Of a stretch of DNA of 64,000 bases, positions 55,501 through 64,000 are shown piece after piece (the stretch's first letter is position 1; every line of letters begins with the position of its first letter). This DNA is from a virus. The notes under the pieces were generated by a model. The model was not told the DNA's origin and did not search any database. It was given only the letters and a program-made list of their open reading frames with translations. The stretch is taken from positions 1-64,000 of IMG/VR virus record IMGVR_UViG_3300033146_000946. One strand, written 5' to 3'. The position numbers and the translations under genes were made by a program.

Positions 55501-57197
55501 TTAAAAGTTTAAATACTTCAGCACAAGGATCATTTCAAAAATTAATGGCTGATTTATTTAATGAAAAAACTAATGGTTTAATAGATAGCAATATTCTTAA
55601 AGGTTTAAAATTTTTAATGCAAGTATATATGATAGAAAAATCTTATTCTAATGCTAATATTATTGGTGTATATACTAGAACTATACGTGGTAAATACAAT
55701 CTTGAATCATATAAAGTTTATGATAAACCATTTTTATTATTTTTACATGCTTTATCTTTATTAGTATCTGAAGGTAATAAGGTTCAAAAAGATGATCCAA
55801 AACGATTTGAATTTTTATCTGAAGAATTAAAAATAGAAGATTATATGGATTTAAGAGAATTAATATTAGATAATACTGACGAAAGTTTAACAACTAATTT
55901 ACAATATAAACCTATTCAAACACATCATTTTATTACTGATAATAATGATATATTATCTAATAATATAACTATCAATCAGAATTTTAATAATGCTGTTAAA
56001 TTATATTATACTCGAGAACCTGTTTATTCATTAGATAATATTAGTAATGAAGATGATATTATTCCAATGGTAGTTAAAGCATTTGGTGATACTAAAGATG
56101 GTGATACTAGAGTACTTGAATCATTTCAAAAAAATATTGATCCAAATTATTATGAAATTTCAAATGATTTATTAGATATATTTGGAAATTGGAATGGTGT
56201 TACTAAAATTAATACAGACGATAATTCTTTAACTGCATTTAATACTTCTAATTACGATTTTAATAATCCAAAATGGAGTAAATTACCAGCATTTTATAAA
56301 GTAGCAATAGGTTTATTACAACGTGAAATAGAACAAATGTATCGTGGAACATTACAAATAGTAGGTTATCCTTATATTGAACCTTTTGATATTATACATT
56401 TAGAAGATAATATGAATAATATGATAGGTACTATTGAAGTAGAAGAAGTTATTCACACATTTAATCCACAACAAGGTTTTATAACTACTATTACTCCTAA
56501 TTTAATAACATATGATAGAGATCCTATTCGAATGGCTGAATTAAATATGATGAAAGATGTATTAAGTATGGGAGATGATTTTAGATCTTACGCTCAAAAA
56601 CAATCTGTTTTTAATTTAGTAAAAGATGTTGTAGCTACAGGATTTTTTGCGGCTCAAACTTCAGCAGGTATAGCAACTGCTGAAACTGGAATAGGATTAG
56701 CATGGGCAGGTACATTTGGTTTACTAACTCTTAGTAGTGCAAAAGCAACATTTACCGATATAAAAAATTTAGTAGTTGGTAATAGAAATAAATATACATC
56801 ATTTTTATATGATCATTTTGCTAATCTTTTTGGAAGAGATTGTATCAATTTTACAGCATTAACCTATCATGGTGTACCATTTATGGGTGGCTTTGGTAAT
56901 ATAGATTATACAAATATAAATACTATTATTAACCATCAATCGGTAGAAGGTAATTTTACTAGAAGAATGGCAAATGCAACAGATACGCAATATCTTTGGA
57001 TGGCTTCTGGTGGAGATTTAAATAATATAAGTAAATTTACAGCGTTTGTAATGGGTGAAGGTGCTAATGGTTCTAATCATTGGTATGTTAGAGGTGCAGC
57101 TTGGTGGATGAAAGGTGTATTTATACTTAATGATTGGAGTACTGATGGTAAAATGAAGTGGTCACTTGGTGATTGGGTAGAACATCAAGCTAAATAA
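49518..57197 (+). CDS. Giant baseplate hub-like protein
   Basis: KPGTKIIIKQGY..VFIGKI..IAQSYG and YRGTLQIVGYPYIEPFD..VEEVIHTF..GFITTITP are hub (gp27/VgrG-like) patterns; N-terminal tube-initiator-like segments. Confidence 0.65.
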   Translation: MAYINAKNVERVYHPSQLTTLLYSMIDTLKTDIKSSFKIPGTVSTRHKYDTVLSYGKYTSSLEKVKYKVSFLPGHLNLNTSKVSFLPGHLNLNTSKAHTYALDVISKLYTDTFKLKVSDFVYQNNPDVGTLLESKGRGLQPGDILLARAYSSTNNSEYIDYLTIVIEANDGNLVTFPELYKNNADLFNIKFIRQYTITKPSKELATLAGNTGHLFYQYKNTSKLSAEIIKSTRLNVDGYLQIGDLKFLVAPQQLSFSTQNGYQYFPTIRTNGNPNIPTAQEAKQVNITLIFPNVDSINNQLLPLFAMFKRTPFVNVYNKDISMFFSELKDEEDFVSFALEDLYIQTIKGFPNTLQANITILPFQKESFGSAFKALKTFDDVKYKQVVEDFRTSRIDNIVENIQNRLNDNKEIYATNIFRKVKGPYSKYGFRLTSDFTLSEPFRAYYQGLLAYRTVVEDELGNIVKKSNREPIYIEAFRPKKAANLIHKYVAEHNQNRPIVMNYSYIDESVREFRKKMNDQQQEARRKVAKQTRSAREMFEAIGDTSFNESLNTVIHTRQDFFDSILATYQFSSFDNFFSRVLVQYGVEVHSDNDIEKISGYLDLLFKYLKFGVKVDNVSWNDLEGGFNLVFGNAFKLVKSKYSFKGEARDQIDLLTGFTLIDTKTNKEVSTKEFTNNLLTKIQKLYVNIKDEKTKSVIAAFWDSIFNTISSGGDVVDLNTFMFKNLDGILRSSITIDNVNDIIEGWSISYSNKLIPMQLLGFKYPFYQHIGSNNINVQLSITSLQNGRKVGLKDEFSILNDRLQRTAKIILMNMPELLKLYNYTVSLDTVPLGNIFSIFGLKQLVFNNSNVSNIPGKPNAWAITVNFTQDLLTIREYQSIDQVPNTFGFAPEIANKLIRSRIITEDNDPSGYAKGDVVVYDLQLKKTLKDSDIDSVDPSKFDQSILSVLMPKEDYTKSAVSAAVEAQDKIDKKRLGPIQHGDETTYISEINNLFIYYFALLKQKTLAKKNDIDLFKDDVIKVTQSDGTVVEQKFNFKSNDQILEAFELVPNKIESKKLKKVFDNSDFFRDSYKGLLVEIDTLYETSAGIMLKAYEDIEVDPHIFIAEAMMSVGFFGVVGAALLGSLAVMTGGVALLAGGMVIGMVGITLDQNKKESIKATIRKHHSLLKNILDNITSKYIRDISRIILRDPPIIKALYSEELYTDVMTIIRTAGINCYKDFDIRLDSLNVLNGETLQFSPEFYLFNKYDLNTKKDEFIKDQLKNKISAAEIQSNMILKETTEVLDMLRNINDEVFKDDATFFTQIKTDLNYIKNNSTSSDPNSYEMDYDELFKKIKNVYGKIIEEYSGVSKYKMINGKKVVTSTTNGIDIDLLKFNLLNTARMKRAIELKLIQNTINDSLNADNPDDKTTDKSNKKNTLDALTEMGIALESMDKYKNYIKKYFEQYVSTVEIQWNPDLYKGELQSESFKTAKELKKEKEKRIKEDKEKLYNPDAKHGSITNFEISIYTRLYQLYLLDSAIKDAVANEKIPSDKYDLSDIPELQLLKWYGFRSAEQSVKDIEFLEKLYHSDLSQQAKGMRKLFPTQKIYLVEEDRHTFKNLDDYYSYDAIQSIDIVSNKYSAGKTAVLRLGNIYNNITDKISLMTERLTIEERSQLNTDNVFMGTLDVKPGTKIIIKQGYDANDKFLPVVFIGKIVDMRPGPVTEIIAQSYGTQLNHYIEKLNFGFKSSANEHGDVAITLLDQMFGSDGLGKIDPMNIRRNYFTGKNLSKMRENSFSKFLISNILSRVNIGLFANDNPRDDNIFLPMRILDSIMDHVTFDWRIYQQTIWQALQELALYHKNTFPMVKLYNYDGLSNLDEIRETVIIGNKAGYYKYTDAFGLSSINYAAIKNALEEWNDIKDDVVDVLKTITNFRAVNDTLVKFYAHIAFPMTNYKGSKVKFKTLVDSNYIKTFDVPGDNKNDPQHVGIEHTTKSKKLSKILNNKYLILMLVKKYFVKSLNTSAQGSFQKLMADLFNEKTNGLIDSNILKGLKFLMQVYMIEKSYSNANIIGVYTRTIRGKYNLESYKVYDKPFLLFLHALSLLVSEGNKVQKDDPKRFEFLSEELKIEDYMDLRELILDNTDESLTTNLQYKPIQTHHFITDNNDILSNNITINQNFNNAVKLYYTREPVYSLDNISNEDDIIPMVVKAFGDTKDGDTRVLESFQKNIDPNYYEISNDLLDIFGNWNGVTKINTDDNSLTAFNTSNYDFNNPKWSKLPAFYKVAIGLLQREIEQMYRGTLQIVGYPYIEPFDIIHLEDNMNNMIGTIEVEEVIHTFNPQQGFITTITPNLITYDRDPIRMAELNMMKDVLSMGDDFRSYAQKQSVFNLVKDVVATGFFAAQTSAGIATAETGIGLAWAGTFGLLTLSSAKATFTDIKNLVVGNRNKYTSFLYDHFANLFGRDCINFTALTYHGVPFMGGFGNIDYTNINTIINHQSVEGNFTRRMANATDTQYLWMASGGDLNNISKFTAFVMGEGANGSNHWYVRGAAWWMKGVFILNDWSTDGKMKWSLGDWVEHQAK
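49719..49802 (+). repeat. Perfect 42-bp tandem duplication (KVSFLPGHLNLNTS x2)
   Basis: 49719-49760 is identical to 49761-49802. Confidence 0.95.
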
Positions 57198-57211
57198 ATA
57201 GGAGAATTTAA

Positions 57212-58030
57212 ATGGAATATAAAGATACAAATAGAAGTACAAAAATGATAATAGCAGAAATTGCTGATGAAAATTATTTTAATAATTTTCAGAATATTAT
57301 TAGAATTAAAATAAAAGAAACACATGGAACTAATCCAATATATAAATATTATGATTTTCCATTATTATATAATGGAGAATATCCTAATCCTATATTGCAT
57401 AAAGTTTTAATATTCACATATGATACTATTTTAGATAAAATGTCAGAAGGTATGTTACAAAGTGATGAATTATTAAAATATCCTCCTGGATATAGAAATG
57501 AAGATGGATTATTATCTAATATTTCTAATGGATATTGTGTATTACTTAATCAACGTATAAAAAATAATGTAACTGCTACAGCTATAGGTGATGCTGATGG
57601 TTTTAATTCAGATGCTAAATTGGCATCTAATAAAGATGAAATACGTTATTCATTTTCACCTTCATTAAATTATGACTATACTACTACTGAGAACGAATAT
57701 AATGGAAATAAAAATTATGATAATATTGGAATATTTATAACAGATAATAGTGTTAAAATAAAATCAAGAGGTGGAGAGATAGTAGTTGGACCTGATGGAA
57801 TATCGTTAAGAGGACAAAAATCAGAAACACATCAAATTGATTTAGCTGGTTTAATAATGAAAAATCCATTAGCACAAATATTTCCAGAAACATTATTAAC
57901 TTTTCCATTATCTATAAAGAATATTCCTAATTTAAATCAATATATAGAAATTGGAAATTCGGTAAAACGAATAGCTGCTTATGCACAAGCTGCAGGAAAA
58001 GTTGTTACTATTATAAAAAACGTGGTGTAA
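57212..58030 (+). CDS. Baseplate spike-like protein candidate
   Basis: Position between hub and gp25-like gene; short beta repeats IGIFITDNSVKIKSRGGEIVVGPDGISLRG. Confidence 0.45.
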   Translation: MEYKDTNRSTKMIIAEIADENYFNNFQNIIRIKIKETHGTNPIYKYYDFPLLYNGEYPNPILHKVLIFTYDTILDKMSEGMLQSDELLKYPPGYRNEDGLLSNISNGYCVLLNQRIKNNVTATAIGDADGFNSDAKLASNKDEIRYSFSPSLNYDYTTTENEYNGNKNYDNIGIFITDNSVKIKSRGGEIVVGPDGISLRGQKSETHQIDLAGLIMKNPLAQIFPETLLTFPLSIKNIPNLNQYIEIGNSVKRIAAYAQAAGKVVTIIKNVV

Positions 58031-58032
58031 TT

Positions 58033-58536
58033 ATGTATACAGATATATTATTTTCGTATGATACAGATATAGATTTTGCAAATGAAGATATCATGATAGT
58101 ATCTGATATCGAAATGATTAAACGACAAATCTTTAAATTATTAATAACAGATAAAAATGATTGGAAATTTGAACCAAATACTGGTGCTACTCCTAATAGA
58201 TTTATAGGTGAACAAAATACGAGAGAAACTGCACAATTATTAAAACAATATATGGAAACAAATATTAATAATCTTATGCATTATGGTTTTGTTGATATAA
58301 AAATAATACCACTTAATTATGAAAGTGTTAAGATATATATAGATGTTTATTTAGATGATATGTCAAAAGCGACTATGCCATTCACATTAGATTTTGTTAA
58401 TGGATTAATATATACTCAATTTGATAATATGGTTGATACCTTAGTGTCAAATAAAAATATAAAAATAAATAGCGTCGATGATATACCTACTCCAAATATA
58501 TATAAAGATAGACTAAGGTTACAATCTTTAAGATAA
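58033..58536 (+). CDS. Baseplate wedge / sheath initiator (gp25-like)
   Basis: DI..VS..E.IKRQI...L.T...DW...P..GA...FIGE.NT. Confidence 0.75.
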   Translation: MYTDILFSYDTDIDFANEDIMIVSDIEMIKRQIFKLLITDKNDWKFEPNTGATPNRFIGEQNTRETAQLLKQYMETNINNLMHYGFVDIKIIPLNYESVKIYIDVYLDDMSKATMPFTLDFVNGLIYTQFDNMVDTLVSNKNIKINSVDDIPTPNIYKDRLRLQSLR

Positions 58537-58553
58537 AATAAAAGGATAATTAT

Positions 58554-59816
58554 ATGCCAATAAGAAGATCATATTCTGATATAAAAAGTGATGCTAAAAC
58601 CAGAATACAATATAATACACCAATTAATGAGTTTGGACCTACAAGTATAACTGGTGCATTTATAGATATTATTGCATCTGAAATGGATTCTATATATTCA
58701 GAAATAGAATATTTACATAGATCAATTGATCCTACTAGAAATTTTGGTAGAGAATTAGATAATTTAGGTTATATGTTAGGAGTAGATAGAAAATCTGGAA
58801 ATATCGCTATTGATGAAAGTCAAACTAATTTCTATTTTTATATTGATAAAAAAACTAATATAACATCTCCTAAAATTTTAATTGAAGCATTATATCCTAG
58901 TAATACTCATTCTAATATTATAGAACGATTATTTAAAGAAGGATATATAAATAAAATAATAGATCCAGACGAAATAATTATACCTAAAGGTGTTATTATT
59001 TCAAATAATAGTGGAACAATAAATTATATAACATTAGAAGAAACTAGATTAACTGGAAATAATAATGCATATTGTGGAGTAGCAGCACTATCGGAAGGTT
59101 CATCATCTAATGTAGAATCTAATGTATTAATTAAACACACATTAAATAATATTGGTATTTTAAATATTATTTCTAAATATATTTTATGTACTAATACTTT
59201 TCCTATTCAAACAGGAGGAGATAGTGATAGTGATGCAAATTATAAATATAGAATATCATTACAACCTCAAATTAGAAATGTTAATGAACAAACTATTAGA
59301 TCAGTGTGTTTAGATACTCCAGGAGTTAGAAATATTTATTTTACTAGAAGTTTATATGGGTATGGTACTATAGGAGTAATTTTAGAAGGAACTAGTCCAT
59401 TAATATCAGAAGGTTTAATTAATATAGTAACAAATAGATTAGAAGCTTTATCTGGTAATGATGCAGTATTTGTATCTGCACCAGAATATAAAGGTATCGA
59501 ATTATCTATATCTATCATACCAGAAATTGGAATAGATGGTAATAATTTAAATGATTTAGTTAGAGATAATATTATAACTTATATAAATAATATAAATATA
59601 GGTGGAACTATTATTTGGAATGATATAATTAAAACTATTATGGATGTTGATGGTGTTAAAGATTTTATGGTTGAATATTTTAAAATAGGTGAATATAATC
59701 CATATAAAAAATTGAATACTAAACCTATTGTGCTTAGAACTATCAACCAAAGAGCGTATGAAACTGAAAAATTTTATACAGATAAAGGTTTAATTAAAGT
59801 TTGTTCTGTTAGATAA
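58554..59816 (+). CDS. Baseplate J-like protein
   Basis: GRELDNLG..LGV.R, IIPKG, GSSSNV, GGDSDSDANYKYRI, PGVRN, YINNINIGG. Confidence 0.88.
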   Translation: MPIRRSYSDIKSDAKTRIQYNTPINEFGPTSITGAFIDIIASEMDSIYSEIEYLHRSIDPTRNFGRELDNLGYMLGVDRKSGNIAIDESQTNFYFYIDKKTNITSPKILIEALYPSNTHSNIIERLFKEGYINKIIDPDEIIIPKGVIISNNSGTINYITLEETRLTGNNNAYCGVAALSEGSSSNVESNVLIKHTLNNIGILNIISKYILCTNTFPIQTGGDSDSDANYKYRISLQPQIRNVNEQTIRSVCLDTPGVRNIYFTRSLYGYGTIGVILEGTSPLISEGLINIVTNRLEALSGNDAVFVSAPEYKGIELSISIIPEIGIDGNNLNDLVRDNIITYINNINIGGTIIWNDIIKTIMDVDGVKDFMVEYFKIGEYNPYKKLNTKPIVLRTINQRAYETEKFYTDKGLIKVCSVR

Positions 59817-59827
59817 AAGGTTAATTT

Positions 59828-61936
59828 ATGAAAAAAGTATATAATGCAAATTCTACATATAGATTAATGAGTAAAGTTTTACCAAATGATTTTAAAATGG
59901 TAAAAGATGATAAATCAAAAGGTTATCAATATATTAATTCATTATATGGTATTGAAATAGATGATACGAAAGACTATCTTGATCAAGCTAAACATTATCT
60001 ATCATTTGAAAATTTTGATTATGGATTAGATTTTAACTATAGTATGATTGAAATACCATCTATTATTCATTCTGGATATATATATGGTGATACATTACCA
60101 ATAAAATTAACTAATGAAAAAGAATTTACATTAGGTAAACCTACTAGATTTGTTTATAATGAAAATGGTGATATCGATTTAGAATATCACTTATCTGGAT
60201 CTGGTATATTAGGTTTAGAATATATGAGAAAAGATAGAGAAGGTAATGGTGTATTATATATTAATTCTAATTTAAATAGTGAACAAGCTATAATATCTGG
60301 ATTATATCAATCATATATTTTGCCTATGTCTGATTTATTAGAACCAGATCATATAAAAATATCTGGATTTAATGCTGGTGTACATGATCAAAATTATGAA
60401 ATTAATGATTCATATGAAATAATTGAACCTCTTACTTATACAGTATTAAAACGAAAATATCCTTTTACTAAATATATATATTTACCAAAAGATGGAATAG
60501 ATGATAATCCAGCTAAACGTTATCTTGTAGATTATTATAAACCAGAAAAATATTATTGGGATGAATATAATATGACATATAAACCTTCTGTACCTACTGA
60601 AGCAACTTATATAGAAAATGGTGAAAAATTATATCATAAAGTAGCTTTAAATAATCCTAGTGGTTCTGGTGTATATGATACAGAATATCTAGAATTAGAA
60701 CATATACCAATTAGTGGAACTTTAAAAGTTTATGATTTAGAAAATGTCGATGATAAAGGACACGCTATTGAAATTACTCAAAATGGTACATTGTTATATA
60801 AATATGAAAAACCAGATAAAACATATGTTTATATAGGTTATAATCAAGAAATACCATATGAAGAAGGATTAGGTGAAGTTATTACTGCTCAACCTTATAT
60901 GGAAACTAGTTGGGACTATGTAAGAGAAGGTGATGGCTTAAAAGATTTTATATGGACTGAAGATCCATCCACACCTATTACTAATAAAATTAAAATAAAA
61001 AATGGAATATCTAAGTATATTGTTGAATATAAATATGTTGTTGATAATGAACAATATTGTATTTCAACTATGAATAGTAATAGATATATTAAATATAATG
61101 ATCTAGATTATATGTATAGTGCTAAAGATAATTATGATAATTTAATACAATTAGATGCTCAATTATCTATTGAAAAAGAAACTAGACGTGCATTAACTTT
61201 TAATGGTATGGATGTTAGACCTGGTACTAAAATTGATGAAATTCAATTAATAAGTACATTATATAATACGTATGATACAAATAAAACAACATCAGTTAAT
61301 TTAGATGATTTTGGTATACCTGGTAAAGTTAAAATAGCATTACCAAATATAGAAGATAATTATCAATATAGTTTCAAACATGATTTCAATAATATTGAAT
61401 TTAATCCAATTAATGGTATAATTAATACTACTTTTATTGGAAATATTTTAGGAGAGAAAATTAAATTTGATAATTTAGGATTATATTCATATAAATATTT
61501 TCCTTTTTATACTGGGGATTTAACTGAAAAACGAATTTTTAGAACTAGATTTAAATTAAATAGTAAATATGATTCTAATTTTGATATAATAAAATCTACT
61601 ACTTCTGATTATAGTTGGAAAATTTCTGGAAATAATGGATATATAATTATATCTGATGTAATATCTGAATATAGATCTAATTATCAATTATTAACTAATG
61701 ATATTATTGATTTAATAATAATAGCAAATGGTGATTATAATGATTCTATTAAACAATCTAGATTTGAAATTTATATAAGTATTAATGATTCATTCTTTAA
61801 AAAATTTGAACTTTATGAAAATGAATATAATACGTTTGAAGATTTTAATTCAATTAAAACAGAGATATTTACTAATATTAATGTTGATTTAGATTTTATA
61901 TATCTATACGATGAAGGTAATTTAATATGGATGTAG
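59828..61936 (+). CDS. Baseplate wedge/tail structural protein
   Basis: Follows the J-like gene; beta-rich composition. Confidence 0.55.
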   Translation: MKKVYNANSTYRLMSKVLPNDFKMVKDDKSKGYQYINSLYGIEIDDTKDYLDQAKHYLSFENFDYGLDFNYSMIEIPSIIHSGYIYGDTLPIKLTNEKEFTLGKPTRFVYNENGDIDLEYHLSGSGILGLEYMRKDREGNGVLYINSNLNSEQAIISGLYQSYILPMSDLLEPDHIKISGFNAGVHDQNYEINDSYEIIEPLTYTVLKRKYPFTKYIYLPKDGIDDNPAKRYLVDYYKPEKYYWDEYNMTYKPSVPTEATYIENGEKLYHKVALNNPSGSGVYDTEYLELEHIPISGTLKVYDLENVDDKGHAIEITQNGTLLYKYEKPDKTYVYIGYNQEIPYEEGLGEVITAQPYMETSWDYVREGDGLKDFIWTEDPSTPITNKIKIKNGISKYIVEYKYVVDNEQYCISTMNSNRYIKYNDLDYMYSAKDNYDNLIQLDAQLSIEKETRRALTFNGMDVRPGTKIDEIQLISTLYNTYDTNKTTSVNLDDFGIPGKVKIALPNIEDNYQYSFKHDFNNIEFNPINGIINTTFIGNILGEKIKFDNLGLYSYKYFPFYTGDLTEKRIFRTRFKLNSKYDSNFDIIKSTTSDYSWKISGNNGYIIISDVISEYRSNYQLLTNDIIDLIIIANGDYNDSIKQSRFEIYISINDSFFKKFELYENEYNTFEDFNSIKTEIFTNINVDLDFIYLYDEGNLIWM

Positions 61937-63903
61937 TATATTGTAGTAAAAATGCCACAGGTAATAACGATGGTAGTTCATGGGAAAACGCATTTATATC
62001 TTTACAAGACGCATTAGAATATTGTAATTCTGATAATGATGTACAGTTTTTACATATTGAAAATAATAAATATGAAAATATTAATATAACTATTAATAAT
62101 TCTTATAATATATATGGTGAATATTATATAGAAAAAAATTATAATTCTGTTATTATTGACGCATCGGATATTACTATTTTATCAAAAATGCAAATTAATA
62201 ATTGTGATTTTTATAATAGTACAATTAATACTAATTATAATTTAATTATTAAATATTTTGTTATTAATAATTGTACATTAACTTTAACTAATATTTGTAA
62301 TTTAATTAATGGAGAAGTAATTACATCTAATTTTAATATATCTAATGGAACTAGTACATTTGACACGATTAATATATATAATACTAATAAAAATATTATA
62401 TTAAATGATGTTAATTTTAATATTACTAAATCTAATATAATTAGTAATACTACAACTATAACTAGTGATAATTCGTTTATTACTATAAATGAGTCTTTAA
62501 TAAATGGAAATAAAGCATTAGATATTATAAATAATAATAGATTATTATTAGCAAATAGTACTATTAATAATGGTATTAATTTATTAGGTGATAATAATTA
62601 TTTAGATATATCAACAAGTCTTATTTTATATTCATATGATAATTCATATAATTATACATTATATTCTAGAAATTCTACATATTATAATACTACATTTAAT
62701 ATAAATGTAAATAATAATATTATATTAACTTCATATCCAAGTTTTGTAGATGAAATTAGAAATGATTATAGAGTATTTTTTGGAGTTGGTATAAATTTAG
62801 ATAAATACGAATTAACTAATGATAATGAATTATTAGAACATAATTATAAAGCTCAATCATTAACAACGTATAATATAAATATTTCTGAATACTCATATAA
62901 TATAAATGATGTTTTTACATTAACTGATTATAAAAAAGAAATTATGTTTGCAAATGATTTTAATCATTTGAATATAAGTACGTTAGAATATCAAATATCA
63001 TTTTATAAAAAACATATAATGAATGATGTAATTACTGAATCAGCATTTCCTTATAATGAAATAAATGATTCATCTGATCCTAATATTTGGCCTTATGAAT
63101 GGACATATGAGAGAATTTATAATGGTAAAACAGAAATGTTATCTAGAATTATTCCTAAATCTATAATTGATATAACAGATATTATTAATAGCGTATTTTT
63201 TATGAATCCAAAAACAGTAACAATTGATAATCTTAGAGTTTACGCATTTAAAGAAAAAATAATACATGGTATAACTTACGATTATAATAATAGTTCTGAT
63301 ACAAGAAAAATAATTTGGAAATTAACTAATGATGAAGTATTAATTAAAATGGACTTATATCAAGGTTCTATTATTAATACATATAATCTATTATCTAAAA
63401 TAATTCCTGAAAAAAAATATATAATACCAATATCTGGTGTTATTCCATATACTAAATATCAAGATGGTTATAAATATTCATTGGAATCAAATCCAAATAC
63501 TATTATAAATGGTGTAGATGAAAATTATAATTTTGAATGGTTACCTACTGATAGAATTTATAAGTACGATTTATATGGAATTCTTATATATAAAAATAAT
63601 TTATATATATCTGGTAATAGAATATCTGATAATACTCCTGTTATTCTTATATATGATACAAAAGGTGTATATTTAGATTATACTACTATTGAACCATATA
63701 TTATTGAATTAAATATTCCTAATTTATATCCAACAGATTTAACCGTTTTAGAAGATGGTTCATTTCTTATAGCAAATAAGATAAATAAAAAACTTTATAA
63801 CTTTGTTTTACAATATGATTATGGTATGATTGTATCAAGTGATATAAAAAATACCAAAATATTATTAAGAGAACAATATAATGATGTTCAATTAACACAG
63901 TAG
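61927..63903 (+). CDS. Tail-associated protein with right-handed beta-helix (pectin-lyase-like) N-terminal half
   Basis: YCSKNATGNNDGSSWENAFISLQDAL cap motif followed by Asn/Ile-rich rungs. Confidence 0.7.
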   Translation: MDVVYCSKNATGNNDGSSWENAFISLQDALEYCNSDNDVQFLHIENNKYENINITINNSYNIYGEYYIEKNYNSVIIDASDITILSKMQINNCDFYNSTINTNYNLIIKYFVINNCTLTLTNICNLINGEVITSNFNISNGTSTFDTINIYNTNKNIILNDVNFNITKSNIISNTTTITSDNSFITINESLINGNKALDIINNNRLLLANSTINNGINLLGDNNYLDISTSLILYSYDNSYNYTLYSRNSTYYNTTFNINVNNNIILTSYPSFVDEIRNDYRVFFGVGINLDKYELTNDNELLEHNYKAQSLTTYNINISEYSYNINDVFTLTDYKKEIMFANDFNHLNISTLEYQISFYKKHIMNDVITESAFPYNEINDSSDPNIWPYEWTYERIYNGKTEMLSRIIPKSIIDITDIINSVFFMNPKTVTIDNLRVYAFKEKIIHGITYDYNNSSDTRKIIWKLTNDEVLIKMDLYQGSIINTYNLLSKIIPEKKYIIPISGVIPYTKYQDGYKYSLESNPNTIINGVDENYNFEWLPTDRIYKYDLYGILIYKNNLYISGNRISDNTPVILIYDTKGVYLDYTTIEPYIIELNIPNLYPTDLTVLEDGSFLIANKINKKLYNFVLQYDYGMIVSSDIKNTKILLREQYNDVQLTQ

Positions 63904-63912
63904 GAGATTATA

Positions 63913-64000
63913 ATGGCTGTATTAAAATATCCAGAAGGAACACCTTCAACAGGATTCGATGATTCCATAAACCAATCTACATTTAGTCCTGCTAATATTA
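63913..64000 (+). CDS. 5' end of the next gene (truncated)
   Basis: AGGAG RBS; MAVLKYPEGTPSTGFDDS... open to the window end. Confidence 0.6.
   Translation, partial: MAVLKYPEGTPSTGFDDSINQSTFSPANI

Noticed and set aside
1109-59750. Minus-strand ORFs and alternate-frame plus ORFs (7447, 10288, 20060) in the ORF track
   Set aside because: All lie within longer, motif-bearing plus-strand genes and look like antisense or frame shadows of biased codons
61927-63903. Diversity-generating retroelement target (AAT-rich gene)
   Set aside because: No reverse transcriptase or template/variable repeat pair seen; Asn richness is explained by the beta-helix and AT bias
1-64000. Stop-codon reassignment
   Set aside because: ORFs up to 2559 aa are uninterrupted in the standard code and gene packing is tight; TAA dominance fits the AT bias

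Overview
This window is a very AT-rich, densely coding, all-plus-strand segment of a large tailed dsDNA bacteriophage with a contractile tail (probably a jumbo myovirus), read in the standard code. It starts with a tail of virion/membrane genes and a small non-structural island with sigma70-like promoters (terminase-like ATPase fragment, zinc-finger protein, dUTPase). A near-complete morphogenesis module follows: DUF5675 peptidase, TerS candidate, three basic proteins, TerL, portal, protease with nested scaffold, decoration protein, MCP, neck proteins, sheath, three tail-tube paralogues (the third fused to repeats and an NlpC/P60 domain), two chaperones, three giant proteins, and baseplate. 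The most striking inference concerns the tape-measure locus. A 2093-aa protein carries a PD-(D/E)XK nuclease domain, and the translationally coupled 2501-aa protein carries a DEDDh exonuclease-like domain plus motifs of a single-chain two-barrel (DPBB) RNA polymerase (NKSVVTKL...GRYP...ADTDGD...GEIG...QTAIAMGKH). Together they suggest a virion-delivered transcription/nuclease machine. A conserved TACTATACTA motif precedes most structural transcription units and is a candidate phage-specific late promoter. All family calls come from motifs read by eye; no database searches were run.
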